Sequence record: DRR723986_4988
Length of the DNA: 48,959 nucleotides
Reading direction: 5' to 3' (one strand)
Shown here: positions 35,331 through 45,591 of the stretch, piece after piece
How positions within the stretch are numbered: the first letter of the stretch is position 1
How the letters are laid out: every line of letters starts with the position of its first letter
Notes under the pieces: generated by a model
Told to the model about the DNA's origin: nothing
Database searches by the model: none
The model's input: the letters and a program-made list of their open reading frames with translations, nothing else
Made by a program: the position numbers and the translations under genes

Positions 35331-35861
35331 ATGGCAATGAAAGCTGTTCCCCTCTGTTCGCTCGCACTCAGCGCGGTAGTGTTCTGCGAGCTTTCGCTGG
35401 CGGCACCATCCGCAGAGCTGGAGGAGCTCAAGGCCTGTGCCAGGGTGGAGGATCGGGAGGCGCGTTTTAGCTGTTATGAGGCGCTCGGCCAGCGGGTGTT
35501 GGCCGCCGACAGTGAGGCCGGTGCAACCCCGGCAGCCGCAGCCGCGGCGACGTCTGCGGTGGCAGCGCCGGCGGCGGAGGACAGCGCGACGGCTGACACG
35601 ATCGGCGGCTACCGCTTCGAGCAGCGTGAATCCGATGAGGACCCGGACGCGCTGGCGACCCGGGTAGTGGAGTGCCAGAAAAATGTCGAAGGCACCTGGT
35701 ACTTCCGCCTTGAGAACGGCCAGGTCTGGAAGCAGGTCGATCGCCAGACCCTGAATTTCCAGGCTTGTGATTTTCCGGCAACGGTAGGCAAGGACGGCCT
35801 CGGTTACGTGCTAAAGATCGAGGGCCGCAAGGGCAAGATCCGGATTTCCCGGCGTAAATAG
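35331..35861 (+). CDS. Hypothetical secreted protein
   Basis: GAGGA RBS, signal peptide, C-x-rich helix LKACARVEDREARFSCYE, Ala-rich linker, FRLENGQVWKQ beta domain. Confidence 0.75.
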   Translation: MAMKAVPLCSLALSAVVFCELSLAAPSAELEELKACARVEDREARFSCYEALGQRVLAADSEAGATPAAAAAATSAVAAPAAEDSATADTIGGYRFEQRESDEDPDALATRVVECQKNVEGTWYFRLENGQVWKQVDRQTLNFQACDFPATVGKDGLGYVLKIEGRKGKIRISRRK

Positions 35862-35894
35862 CCGCCTGTAATCCCGGCGGACAGGGCGGACTGA

Positions 35895-36119
35895 TCAGGG
35901 TTTACGCCGGTTTTTGCCGGTTCGCTCGTTGCCAAACTTGTACTTGCCGGTCGCCCGGGCCATCTCCCGTTGTGCCTGGTCTTCCGACAGGCTTGCCACC
36001 CGATTCAGAAATTGCGCGCTGTCACGTTCTCCAAGGGTGGTCACCAGGCGGCCCTGCCGGTAGATCTGGACCTTACCGTGCCCGCTACAATTGAAACTGA
36101 AGCCCAGGTCGTCGGTCAT
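35895..36119 (-). CDS. Small hypothetical protein (74 aa)
   Basis: GAGG RBS, ATG 4 bp after the VOC stop; MTDDLGFSF...GRLVTTL...MARATGKYKFGNER. Confidence 0.65.
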   Translation of the reverse strand: MTDDLGFSFNCSGHGKVQIYRQGRLVTTLGERDSAQFLNRVASLSEDQAQREMARATGKYKFGNERTGKNRRKP

Positions 36120-36123
36120 CGCC

Positions 36124-36537
36124 TCAGCCTGAGCCAAGCCGATGACGCAATTCCACCGTGTTACCGTCGGGATCCTTGATGTAGAGCGAATTGCCGAATC
36201 CCTGCGCACCATAGCGCGGCGCGAAGTCGCCCATCTCAACGCCGTGCCGCCGCAGGTGCTCGCGGAGCTCTGGCTCGGGCAGGGGTTCGATCTGCAGGCA
36301 AAAATGATCCATGTTGTTGCCCAGCGTACCCGGGGCCTCGCCACCCTGGCGGCCGAGTTTGCCTGCGACCGAGACGAGGTCGATCAGTGCGCTGCCGGCC
36401 CGTAATTGCCACAGGCCAAACTCTTCAGAGGCGTCGCGCTCCAGCGTGCAACCCAGGACCTCACCGTAGAAGGCGAGCATCTCGTTGATACGGTCTGTCC
36501 TGAGCACGATGTGGTCTATACCCGCTATGCTGATCAT
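36124..36537 (-). CDS. VOC/glyoxalase family protein
   Basis: IDHIVLR, FYGEVLG, NMDHFCL, RYGAQG, SLYIKDPDGNTVEL. Confidence 0.9.
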   Translation of the reverse strand: MISIAGIDHIVLRTDRINEMLAFYGEVLGCTLERDASEEFGLWQLRAGSALIDLVSVAGKLGRQGGEAPGTLGNNMDHFCLQIEPLPEPELREHLRRHGVEMGDFAPRYGAQGFGNSLYIKDPDGNTVELRHRLGSG

Positions 36538-36651
36538 CGCTGCCTTCCTGTTGGTGGCGCCGGTCCGGCGGTTCGGGTGGGCAAGCCCCCGGCCCCGCTG
36601 CTGGCCCTTGCTTTAGTGTATACTGGCCCGCCCTCCAGTACAGATATCATC

Positions 36652-38454
36652 ATGGCTTCGGAAACAACGGCAAGCAGCTTCGCCCAGCTGAACTTGCCAG
36701 CACCGCTTATGCAGGCGCTTGACGATGTGGGTTACGAAACCCCGTCAGCAATCCAGGCCCTGTGTATTCCCCATCTGCTCAGCGGCAGGGACCTGCTCGG
36801 CCAGGCCCAGACCGGGACCGGCAAAACCGCCGCGTTCGCCCTGCCGTTGCTGGCTCGCCTGGACCTGCGCAAGAAGGATCCACAGGTGCTGGTGCTGGCG
36901 CCCACGCGGGAGCTGGCCATCCAGGTAGCCGAGGCGTTCCAGCGCTATGCAGCACACCTGCCCGGGTTCCATGTGCTGCCGATCTACGGCGGCCAGGATT
37001 ACCGGCCCCAGCTGAAGGCGCTGCAGCGCGGTTGTCATGTCATTGTCGGAACCCCCGGGCGGGTCATGGACCATATGCGCAAGGGCTCGCTAAAACTGGA
37101 TGACCTGCAGTGCCTGGTGCTCGACGAGGCCGATGAAATGCTGCGCATGGGATTTATCGATGACGTGGAGTGGATTCTCGAGCAGACGCCGGAACAGCGC
37201 CAGGTCGTGCTGTTTTCCGCCACCATGCCCCAGGCCATCAAGCGCATTACCCAGCGTTACCTGAAAGACCCGGAAGAGGTCATCATTGAGGTAAGGCAAA
37301 AAACGGCCGACACGATACGCCAGCGGGTGTGGATGGTCAGCGGCCTGCACAAGCTCGATGCGCTGACCCGCATCCTGGAGGTTGAGGAGTACGACGGGAT
37401 CATTGTTTTTGTCCGTACCCGTATCGCAACCACGGAACTTGCCGAGAAGCTGCAGGCACGGGGCTATTCGGCGGTCGCCCTGAACGGTGATATCGCCCAG
37501 GCCCAGCGCGAAAAGACCATCGATGGCCTGAAAAGCGGTCGTATCGATATTCTGGTGGCCACCGACGTCGCTGCCCGCGGGCTGGACGTAGACCGGATCT
37601 CCCACGTGATCAACTACGACATTCCCTACGATGTGGAGGCTTATGTCCACCGCATAGGCCGTACCGGTCGGGCCGGGCGCACCGGGGAAGCGATCCTTTT
37701 TGCGTCCAACCGGGAGCGCCGATTGCTGCGGGCGATCGAAAAATCCACCGGCAAGGACATCGAGAAGATGGAACTGCCCAGCGCTGCAGATGTTGCAGTG
37801 ACCCGGGTCAAGCGCTTTAAGGACAAGATAAGCGCCACCCTCGATGCCACCGAACTCGCCGAATTCCGCAGGATTGTCGAAGACTACCAGCAGGAGTATG
37901 GCGTTCCGGTTATTGAGATTGCTGCTGCCCTGGCCGCGATGTCAGCAGGCAAGTCGCTGGAGGTCGCGAAGGAGAAGCCGGTGCGGGAAGACGCCCCGGC
38001 ACGCTCCAGGCCTGACACCCGCGAGCGGCCGCCGCGCCGTGAGCGCGCGGACCGACCGCCCAAATCGGAAGATTCGGTGGCGCCGGCTGAGAAAGGCCTG
38101 GACCGCTACCGGATCGAGGTCGGTCACAGTCACGGGGTAAAGCCCGGGAATATTGTCGGCGCCATCGCCAACGAGGCGGAAATCGATGCGGAATACATCG
38201 GGCGCATCGAGATATACGAAAACTACAGTACGGTCGACCTGCCGGAAGGCATGCCGCGTGAGATATTCGAGCACCTGAAGAAGGTCTGGGTATCCGGCCA
38301 GCGCCTGCAGATTACGCGACCGGGCCAGAGTACCCTGCGCGCCGATAAGCCAGCCAAAAAGGCCAAAACCGGCAGCCGGAAAGGGGCGGGGGGTGCCGCC
38401 GCCGGGAAGAAATCCGGCAAGCGCCGCAAGCCCAACCTGCCGGTCAAGGACTAG
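36652..38454 (+). CDS. deaD: ATP-dependent RNA helicase DeaD/CsdA
   Basis: Q motif, AQTGTGKT, PTRELA, DEAD, SAT, ARGLD, HRIGRTGR, C-terminal RNA-binding domain (VKPGNIVGAIANE); start ATG 36652. Confidence 0.95.
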   Translation: MASETTASSFAQLNLPAPLMQALDDVGYETPSAIQALCIPHLLSGRDLLGQAQTGTGKTAAFALPLLARLDLRKKDPQVLVLAPTRELAIQVAEAFQRYAAHLPGFHVLPIYGGQDYRPQLKALQRGCHVIVGTPGRVMDHMRKGSLKLDDLQCLVLDEADEMLRMGFIDDVEWILEQTPEQRQVVLFSATMPQAIKRITQRYLKDPEEVIIEVRQKTADTIRQRVWMVSGLHKLDALTRILEVEEYDGIIVFVRTRIATTELAEKLQARGYSAVALNGDIAQAQREKTIDGLKSGRIDILVATDVAARGLDVDRISHVINYDIPYDVEAYVHRIGRTGRAGRTGEAILFASNRERRLLRAIEKSTGKDIEKMELPSAADVAVTRVKRFKDKISATLDATELAEFRRIVEDYQQEYGVPVIEIAAALAAMSAGKSLEVAKEKPVREDAPARSRPDTRERPPRRERADRPPKSEDSVAPAEKGLDRYRIEVGHSHGVKPGNIVGAIANEAEIDAEYIGRIEIYENYSTVDLPEGMPREIFEHLKKVWVSGQRLQITRPGQSTLRADKPAKKAKTGSRKGAGGAAAGKKSGKRRKPNLPVKD

Positions 38455-40079
38455 GCGCCGGCCGGCTGGGCCGCGACATTGACCACAGCTCGCTTCCTTC
38501 CGCGCAGCAGCCAGACTGGCAGCAGCGCGGCGACAAAGGTGAGCGCAAGAATCATGAAGCTGTCCCTGAAGCCGACGATTAATGCCTCAGCCTGCACCAG
38601 CATGCCCAGCTGCACCAGGGCCATATTCCAGCTTTCCACGCCGACGTGCCCCAGCGCCGTCGCATAACGTTCCAGTACCATCAGTGACGAGGTAGTCAGC
38701 CCGTTGTCGTAGCGCTGGGTATCGGCCAGGGCCTGGAAGTGGAAGCTGGTGCGATGGTCCAGGAACACGGAACTCAGGTTCACGCCGAACACCCCGCCGA
38801 GTTGGCGAACGAAGCTGAAACCGCCTGATGCCTGGGTGATTTTCAGGGGCTCGATGCCCTGCAGCGCACCCATTTGCAGCGCCGGCATGACCAGCCCGAT
38901 CCCGACCCTGCTCAGAATCACCCAGAAGGCAAAGGTCCAGAAACTGGTGCCGGCCCCGGCCCCCGCCATCAGGCCGAAGGCCAGGGCGAAAAACAGCACG
39001 CCGGTGGTCATGATCAGCCGCAGGTCCACCAGGTCAGCCAGGCGCCCCGACAGGGGAAAGATCACCACCATCATAAAGCCAGCGGGCATCAGCAGGGCGC
39101 CGGATTCGGTCGGTGACATGTGCTGCACCAGTTGCAGGAACAACGGCACCAGATAGGTCGAGGCATAGAGCCCGGCGCCGAACAGGAAGCCGATGATCGA
39201 CATCACCAGGAACTGGCGGCGCAGGAACAGGGTGAGATCCAGCAGCGGATGTGGGCAGCGCAGCTCCCGCGCAACGAACAAGGCGCCGAACAGGGCAAAC
39301 ACGGCGAGCAGGGACAGCACATAGTTGGACGACCAGCCCTGGCGTTCGCCGTTGCTGAGGGCGATGAGCAGGCTGGTGACCGCAACGACCAGCAGGCCAA
39401 GGCCGACGGTATCGAAGGCGGGAATCGGGATTTTCGGGTTGCGGCCGGGAAGGAAAAGAACCGCGAGCAGCATGGTGAATAGTGAAAACGGAATGCCGAA
39501 GAAGAACACGTAGCGCCAGTTGAACATGTCTACCGCGAGTCCGCCGACCGCCGGTCCGATTGCCGGCGCCAGCACGATACCGATCGCGCTGATCCCCATC
39601 GCCACGCCCTGTTTGCCGGGCGGGAATACCTGGAAAATGATGGTGATCGACAGGGGCATCAACAGGCCGGCGGGAATGCCCTGGAGAATGCGGGCCAGGA
39701 TCATCACTTCCGGGTTGGTGGCCAGGCCACCCAGTACCGAGCCCGCCAGGAACAGGACCATCATCCAGAATACGGTACTGCGCAGGCCTATCGCCTGTAC
39801 CGACCAGCTGCCGCACAGCATGGCGATGGTGCAGGCAGCGAGGTTGGCGGTGGACAGCCACTGGGCCTCTTCCTGGCCGATGCCGAATGCACCCATGATC
39901 GAGGGAATGGCGACATTGATAATCGTGCTGGCCAGCACCGCCGCGATGTTGCCGGAGATAATGGCGACGACGGCATACCAGCGGTAGCGGTGGCCGTAGC
40001 GCCGGAAAAGTTCCTTGAATTCCTCCCCGGCGGTCAGCGTGGAGAGGTAGGCCTCCAGGTCAATCGTGCTCAAGCGCAA
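38451..40079 (-). CDS. DHA2 (EmrB/QacA) MFS efflux transporter
   Basis: STIINVAIP, ARILQG, APAIGPAVGG, NWRYVFF, PLLDL, RQLGG; about 14 TM; start approximate. Confidence 0.92.
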   Translation of the reverse strand: MRLSTIDLEAYLSTLTAGEEFKELFRRYGHRYRWYAVVAIISGNIAAVLASTIINVAIPSIMGAFGIGQEEAQWLSTANLAACTIAMLCGSWSVQAIGLRSTVFWMMVLFLAGSVLGGLATNPEVMILARILQGIPAGLLMPLSITIIFQVFPPGKQGVAMGISAIGIVLAPAIGPAVGGLAVDMFNWRYVFFFGIPFSLFTMLLAVLFLPGRNPKIPIPAFDTVGLGLLVVAVTSLLIALSNGERQGWSSNYVLSLLAVFALFGALFVARELRCPHPLLDLTLFLRRQFLVMSIIGFLFGAGLYASTYLVPLFLQLVQHMSPTESGALLMPAGFMMVVIFPLSGRLADLVDLRLIMTTGVLFFALAFGLMAGAGAGTSFWTFAFWVILSRVGIGLVMPALQMGALQGIEPLKITQASGGFSFVRQLGGVFGVNLSSVFLDHRTSFHFQALADTQRYDNGLTTSSLMVLERYATALGHVGVESWNMALVQLGMLVQAEALIVGFRDSFMILALTFVAALLPVWLLRGRKRAVVNVAAQPAGA

Positions 40080-41202
40080 CCTCGACCATCATGCCGGGAC
40101 GCAGGCGATCCTCTACCTGCTCGATCGAAATCTTGATCGGGATGCGCTGGGTGACCTTGGTGAAATTGCCGCTGGGATTGGCGCTCGGCAGCAGGGAAAA
40201 CTGGCTGGTGGCCGCACCGCCAATTTCGTAAACCTCCCCCTCAAATACCCGGTCCGGGTAGCTGTCGACGGCGAGTTGCGCCCGGGTGCCGATGCGCAGG
40301 TGACGAATCTCGGTCTCCTTGATATTAGCCGCCACCCAGAGGCGCTCGGGGTTGTGGATGAGTACCAGGCGTTGCCCGGGAACCACATATTCACCCTGGT
40401 CAACGAAGGATTTGTCCACGACGCCGGATTCCGGTGCCACGATGCGCAGTTTGTCCATCGCCACCTGCTGGCGATCGATGCGTGCCCGGATCCGGCTCTG
40501 CCCGTGCTCGATGGCGATGCGCTCCTGGGCCAGGACGTTCAACTCGGACTGGGCAGCCTGTGCCTCCAGTACCCCGGCGCGGGCGTTGGCGACATCCGCG
40601 GTGGCGCGTTGCAGCTGCTGGTCGGCCTGGTGCTCGGCGTTGCGGGCACTTTCCCAGCTCTGGGTGGAGATGATCTTCCGTGCCAGCAGCGCTTCGGCGC
40701 GCTCCCATTCGCTGAGCTTGAGCTCCAGGTCGTAGCGCGCGGCTTCCTGTGAGGCCAGGGCGGCCTGCAGTTTGGACTCGGCGGCGGCCAGCGAGCCACC
40801 GGTGCGCTGGGTGACCTGTTCGATCTGCGCCTGCAGCTTGGCCGAACTGGCGATGCTCGCGTCCAGTTCCGCCCGCAGTTCAGCGAGGGTGAAGCGTGCC
40901 TCGCTGTCGTCAATCTGGGCAATCAAGTCGCCGGCAGCAAGTGACTGGCCCTGCTCGATAGGGAAGTGCACCAGCTGGCCGGCCGCCTCTGCGCTCACTT
41001 CGATCATACGCGAGGCAATGCGCGCATCATCGCTATAGACGTGGGTCGCGCGCTGCTGGATCCAGTAGGCCGCAAGCGCGACCAGGCTGACAACCAGCCC
41101 CAGGACGCCGATGGCCTGGAGCTGTCGCTTCCTGCCGACGGGTAACAGGTGCCGGGATCGGGTCTGCTCACTGGCTGTAGTGGTGGGTTCTGGTGCGGTC
41201 AT
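40060..41202 (-). CDS. HlyD/EmrA-type membrane fusion protein
   Basis: VYSDDA, N-terminal TM, coiled coil, ANIKET, FSLLP..N.SGNFTKVTQRIP. Confidence 0.92.
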   Translation of the reverse strand: MTAPEPTTTASEQTRSRHLLPVGRKRQLQAIGVLGLVVSLVALAAYWIQQRATHVYSDDARIASRMIEVSAEAAGQLVHFPIEQGQSLAAGDLIAQIDDSEARFTLAELRAELDASIASSAKLQAQIEQVTQRTGGSLAAAESKLQAALASQEAARYDLELKLSEWERAEALLARKIISTQSWESARNAEHQADQQLQRATADVANARAGVLEAQAAQSELNVLAQERIAIEHGQSRIRARIDRQQVAMDKLRIVAPESGVVDKSFVDQGEYVVPGQRLVLIHNPERLWVAANIKETEIRHLRIGTRAQLAVDSYPDRVFEGEVYEIGGAATSQFSLLPSANPSGNFTKVTQRIPIKISIEQVEDRLRPGMMVEVALEHD

Positions 41203-42074
41203 GCGTAGTCGTCCTTAAGCAGGGTCCGAATTGTGTCGAGGCTGCGGGATAGTTGTTCCCGCTCGGCGGGGTCGAGTACCGCCACCAGCATGCTGTGGTT
41301 CTGGTCGAAGCGCTGGCGGATGTCGGCAATTTCCGGCAAGCCCTCGGGGGTGATGGCAAGGCGCCTGACCCGGCGATCGTCCGGGTCGAAACGCCGGGCT
41401 ATCCAGCCATCGCGCTCCAGTTGGTCGAGCTGTTTGCCGAGCAGGGCAGCGGACATATCCAGCTGCCGTGCCAGGTCGATCTGGGTGATATCGCGGTCGT
41501 GGTACAGCGCATTGAGGATGAACCACTGCAGCCGGGAAAAGCCCAGTTCCTCCAGGCGAGCATCGAGGCGTCGCATCAGGTGCCGGGCACAGTCCATCAG
41601 CAACCAGATGGGCGTCTCGTCGCTCACCTCAATGCCTTCGAGCGCGCTATCACGCAGTGCATCGCGGATCCTGCGCAGGCCGCCGGGTAGGGCCCGGCTG
41701 GCGTCATCATCGAGTGCGGCCAGCAGCGTGGCCTCCAATTGCTCAAACGTCGCGGCCAGGCGCTCGATGACCGGCGCCGCTCGGGGGCTGAGCATGACCT
41801 CCCTGGCGCGGCGATCATCCGGCAGCGGCCGGCGCAGAATCCAGCCGTCCTGCTCCAGTTCGTTCAGGGCCTTGCCCACGGGCACCTTGTGCAGGACCAG
41901 CAGGTCCGCAACCTGGGACTGCTGCAAGGGGCCGGTGCGGCTGAGGAAGCCCAGGATGCGCCAGTGGGTCTGGGTAAAGCCCAGTTCCGCAATCGCCCGG
42001 CCGAAGCGGCGCCGGAACGACTGGGCGGCGTCGTGAATCAGGTAGGCGCAGCTGGTGTGGAAGTTACTCGCCAT
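41199..42074 (-). CDS. MarR family regulator with two tandem MarR domains
   Basis: LEQDGWILRRPLPDDRRAREV and LERDGWIARRFDPDDRRVRRL; 291 aa. Confidence 0.9.
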   Translation of the reverse strand: MASNFHTSCAYLIHDAAQSFRRRFGRAIAELGFTQTHWRILGFLSRTGPLQQSQVADLLVLHKVPVGKALNELEQDGWILRRPLPDDRRAREVMLSPRAAPVIERLAATFEQLEATLLAALDDDASRALPGGLRRIRDALRDSALEGIEVSDETPIWLLMDCARHLMRRLDARLEELGFSRLQWFILNALYHDRDITQIDLARQLDMSAALLGKQLDQLERDGWIARRFDPDDRRVRRLAITPEGLPEIADIRQRFDQNHSMLVAVLDPAEREQLSRSLDTIRTLLKDDYA

Positions 42075-42090
42075 GAAACGGCCGAAAGTG

Positions 42091-42121
42091 GTAATAAAAG
42101 TAAATCATATACTTTAATTAC
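42091..42121. promoter_or_regulatory. 31-bp AT-rich inverted repeat, candidate MarR operator
   Basis: GTAATAAAAGTA-N7-TACTTTAATTAC (11 of 12 arm positions match), 16 bp upstream of the marR start. Confidence 0.6.
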
Positions 42122-42225
42122 TATATAGGGAAGCGGGGGATGTCCTGGCGAGGCCTGGACCCCGGGCCGCTTGGGTGCGGATCAGGGGGAGCCGGTTTCA
42201 GGCGCCCGGCGCCAGGGGTGGCTGC

Positions 42226-43503
42226 TCAGCGGGACCCGGGCAGGGGCCGATTGGCCAGGACCTGTCCGGCGGCCTCGCCAAAGCCGATGCGACGATGCGT
42301 CGGCGACAGGCAATGCGCGCGCAGGCGTACAGTATCCCCGTCCTCGAGAAAGGTGCGGGTGTTAGTCGTACCGGCCAGTGGGACTGGCATCGTGCCCGCT
42401 ACCGAGAGCTCCAGCAGGGAGCCGGCCTGGTGCGGCGCGGGCCCGGATATTGTGCCGGTGCCAAGGATATCGCCGGGCCGCATCGGGCAGCCATTGGAAC
42501 TGTGGTGTGCCAGCAGCTGGGCGGGGGTCCAGTAACTACTGGCATAGCTGGCGCTGGACAGCTGCAGTGAGTCCTCCGTGCCCGCTGCCTGCAGCCAGGC
42601 CTCGACCTGGATAGCCAGGTGGCCACAGCGGTCATTGTGGGGTGAATGCAGGTGCGCGAGGGTCGGCGGATCGCCCGGTTCCCGGTCCAGCGGTGCCCGG
42701 AACGGTGCCAGCGCGTCCAGGGTCACTACCCAGGGCGACAGTGTGGTGGCAAAACTTTTTGCCAGGAACGGCCCCAGGGGCTGGTATTCCCAGGCCTGGA
42801 TGTCCCTCGCCGACCAGTCATTGAGCAGGACAAGGCCAAACAGGTGCTGCTCCGCTTGCTCGATCGGGATGGTGCTGCCCGGGGCGTTTCCAGGCCCCAT
42901 GACCAGGCCCAGCTCCACCTCGTAATCCAGCCAGTTGCAAGGTCCCACCGTCGGTGGCGCCCCGGCCTCGAGCTGTCGCTGCCCCCAGGGCCTGGTAATC
43001 GGGGTCCCGCTGGCGAACAGGGAGGAGGCCCGGCCATGGTAGGCGATCGGCAGCCATTTGAAGTTCCCGGTGACGGGTGCGTCGGGACGAAAGATCTTTC
43101 CGGCGTTGTAGGCGTGGTGATAGGACGTGAAGAAGTCCGTGTAGTCACCGCATGCCACCGGCAGACCGAGTTCCACTTCCGCCTGCGGCACAAGATACTG
43201 TTGTAAGCGGGGCGCGCGCCCCGGGTCGGTCAGTGCTTGCGACAGCTCCCGTCGCAGTGCGCGCCAGGTAGGCTGGCCGGCGGCCGCAAGTTCATTCAGG
43301 GTCGGTCCCATGGCCGCGTCGACGCCGGCCAGGTCGAACACCTGGTCGCCAATGGCCACGGCGCAGCGGAACGCCTCGTCGGTGCCTGCCTTGCGGTACA
43401 CGCCGAAGGGGAGGTTCTGTACCGGGAAATCAGTCCCGGGCGCATTGGCGCTGGCTACCCAGCTGACCAACTCTGGGTCATGGGTTTCATCGATCGCGTC
43501 CAT
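42226..43503 (-). CDS. fahA: Fumarylacetoacetase
   Basis: SWVASAN..DFPVQNLPFG, GDYTDF, PIAYHGRASS, LDYEVE, NDWSARDIQAWEYQPLGPF, GTGTISG. Confidence 0.93.
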   Translation of the reverse strand: MDAIDETHDPELVSWVASANAPGTDFPVQNLPFGVYRKAGTDEAFRCAVAIGDQVFDLAGVDAAMGPTLNELAAAGQPTWRALRRELSQALTDPGRAPRLQQYLVPQAEVELGLPVACGDYTDFFTSYHHAYNAGKIFRPDAPVTGNFKWLPIAYHGRASSLFASGTPITRPWGQRQLEAGAPPTVGPCNWLDYEVELGLVMGPGNAPGSTIPIEQAEQHLFGLVLLNDWSARDIQAWEYQPLGPFLAKSFATTLSPWVVTLDALAPFRAPLDREPGDPPTLAHLHSPHNDRCGHLAIQVEAWLQAAGTEDSLQLSSASYASSYWTPAQLLAHHSSNGCPMRPGDILGTGTISGPAPHQAGSLLELSVAGTMPVPLAGTTNTRTFLEDGDTVRLRAHCLSPTHRRIGFGEAAGQVLANRPLPGSR

Positions 43504-43539
43504 CGAGTCGTCACCTGGCCCGGGTCATGCGCAGGCCCG

Positions 43540-44808
43540 TCACTCGTCCGCCTGGGACTGGGCGACGCTCGACATTACACCGGCGATCATGGTGGCGGCG
43601 AAGTTGCCGACCAAAGCGCCGGAGGCCTCGAGTTGCCTGATCTCGTCGGCGCTGAGGCCCAGCTTGCCGCAGACATCGGCATTGTGCTCGCCCTGCAGTG
43701 CCGGTGCGCCGGGTAGCGGCAGCTCGGCATCAGAGAATTTCCAGGGGCGGCCCGGCAGCCGGAACACGCCGCCCTGGCGATCAGGCACTTCCAGGGTTGC
43801 TGTCCAGTACTCCGCCCACTCCGACTCGGCAATATCGTCCAGCGTGCGTATCTCACCGATGGCGATCTTGGCCTCGTCCAGCTGCGCATCGAGCGTGGCC
43901 ATGTCGGGGAAGGACCAGATCCACGCTTGCACGATCTGCTTGAGCGCGGCGAGATTGGCCCGTCGCAGTCCCGGTGTCTTGAAGCGTGGATCCCTGGCCA
44001 GGTCAGGGCGGCGCATCGCAGCCATGAAAAACCGGAAAGTGATGGTGCCGACCAGGCTGATTGCCGAGATGAAGGATTCGCCGCCGGGGCCGGTGAAGAA
44101 GGAGCCATCGGTCGCGCCGAGTATCGCCGGTTCATCGGCCAGGTCCAGGTGGTTGAGGTCGACGTGGGCGCGCTCATTGATCGCCATGATCGTGGCGGCC
44201 ATGGCCACATCGACATGTTGCCCGCGGCCGGTCCGCTCGCGTTGTTTCAGCGCTGCCAGGACCGCGATCACGGCCTGCAGGCCAGCGTAAACGTCGGCAT
44301 GCGACAGGGCATCGGTTTGCGGCGCCTGCAGATTTTCGTCGAAGTGGCGCAGGCTGTGATGGGTGAAGCCCGCCTCGGCCTGGACCGTGGGTGCGTAGGC
44401 CATCCGGCCGCGCCAGGGTCCGCCCTGGCCATAGCCTGAGATGGAGACATAAATGAGCCCCGGGTTGCGCTCGGCCAGGGTCGCGTAATCGAGGCCGAAG
44501 GAATCCAGGGTGCCGGGCCGGAAATTCTCCACCAGCACATCCGCCTGGTCGCACAGCTTGAGCGCAATCTCTTTGGCCTCAGCCACATTGAGATCGATGG
44601 AGATATTCTGTTTGCCGGCGTTTTGCTGCGCGTAGTAGCCCGACACGCCGTTCGGATTCACCGGTGATGCGAAGCGCGCAACGTCGGCCCGCGGCGGCTC
44701 TATCTTGGTTACCTCGGCGCCCAGGTCCTGCAGGGTACGGGCGCACAGGGGGCCCGCCAGCACCCGCGAGAAATCGACGATCTTCAAGCCTTCCAATGGT
44801 CCGGACAT
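43540..44808 (-). CDS. Family III CoA-transferase (CaiB/BaiF)
   Basis: GPLEGLKIVDFSRVLAGP, DLGAEV.KIE, DVLVENFRPG, ISGYGQ.GP, catalytic Asp in HADV, GQHVDVAM, APALQGEH. Confidence 0.92.
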   Translation of the reverse strand: MSGPLEGLKIVDFSRVLAGPLCARTLQDLGAEVTKIEPPRADVARFASPVNPNGVSGYYAQQNAGKQNISIDLNVAEAKEIALKLCDQADVLVENFRPGTLDSFGLDYATLAERNPGLIYVSISGYGQGGPWRGRMAYAPTVQAEAGFTHHSLRHFDENLQAPQTDALSHADVYAGLQAVIAVLAALKQRERTGRGQHVDVAMAATIMAINERAHVDLNHLDLADEPAILGATDGSFFTGPGGESFISAISLVGTITFRFFMAAMRRPDLARDPRFKTPGLRRANLAALKQIVQAWIWSFPDMATLDAQLDEAKIAIGEIRTLDDIAESEWAEYWTATLEVPDRQGGVFRLPGRPWKFSDAELPLPGAPALQGEHNADVCGKLGLSADEIRQLEASGALVGNFAATMIAGVMSSVAQSQADE

Positions 44809-44811
44809 GGT

Positions 44812-45591
44812 CTATACCCCTTTGAAATTAGCCAGGCCCGGCCCGTTTTTCATCAATGAGTCGATGCCGATTGCCAGGTCCTCGGAGCTCCACAGCGCCA
44901 TCTGTTTCTCCTCCATGACGGCATCCGCTGCGGCTACGCCCTCGTTGGCGGCAATGGCGGCCAGCTCCTTGGTGATGCGATGCGCCACGGTGGGGCCGTT
45001 GGCAAGTTCCATCGCCACGGCCAGGGCAGCGTCGTCCAGATTTTCATCGTCAACTACCCGATTGATCAGGTTCCAGCGCTCCATGGTCTCGGCGTCATAA
45101 CGCCGGCCGAGCATGGATATCTCCTTGGCGCGCAGGGCTCCCGCCCGCTGTACCTGACGCTGTACCGCACCCATCAGCGGGTTGAGTCCGATAGTGGCTT
45201 CCACGGAACCGATCTTGGCGGAGCGTGCCGCGATGATGAAATCGCAGCACATCGCCAGTTCAAAACCGCCGCCAACACAGACGCCGTGAACCGCCGCCAC
45301 GATTGGCAGGGGGAATGACTCCAGCTTTTGCAGAAACGCCACCGGCGACAGCGCCAGTCCGTCACCGCCACCCATGGCGCCCTCAAACAGCGCGATATCG
45401 GCGCCGGCGGAAAAATGCCGGAGGTCGCTTTTCAGCAGGACGGCGCGCGCGCCGTTGGCGGTGGCCGTGTCCAGGGCATCGAGTACGCCCTGCATCAGGT
45501 CCGGGCCCAGCAGGTTATGCGGTGCGAAGTGCATGTGCAGGATTGCCAGAGGTCCCTGTTGTTCACAGCTTACGGCGGAATTTGTGCTCAT
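44812..45591 (-). CDS. Enoyl-CoA hydratase/isomerase (crotonase) family protein
   Basis: FSAGADI, PIVAAVHGVCVGGGFELAMCCD, VEATIGL. Confidence 0.92.
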   Translation of the reverse strand: MSTNSAVSCEQQGPLAILHMHFAPHNLLGPDLMQGVLDALDTATANGARAVLLKSDLRHFSAGADIALFEGAMGGGDGLALSPVAFLQKLESFPLPIVAAVHGVCVGGGFELAMCCDFIIAARSAKIGSVEATIGLNPLMGAVQRQVQRAGALRAKEISMLGRRYDAETMERWNLINRVVDDENLDDAALAVAMELANGPTVAHRITKELAAIAANEGVAAADAVMEEKQMALWSSEDLAIGIDSLMKNGPGLANFKGV

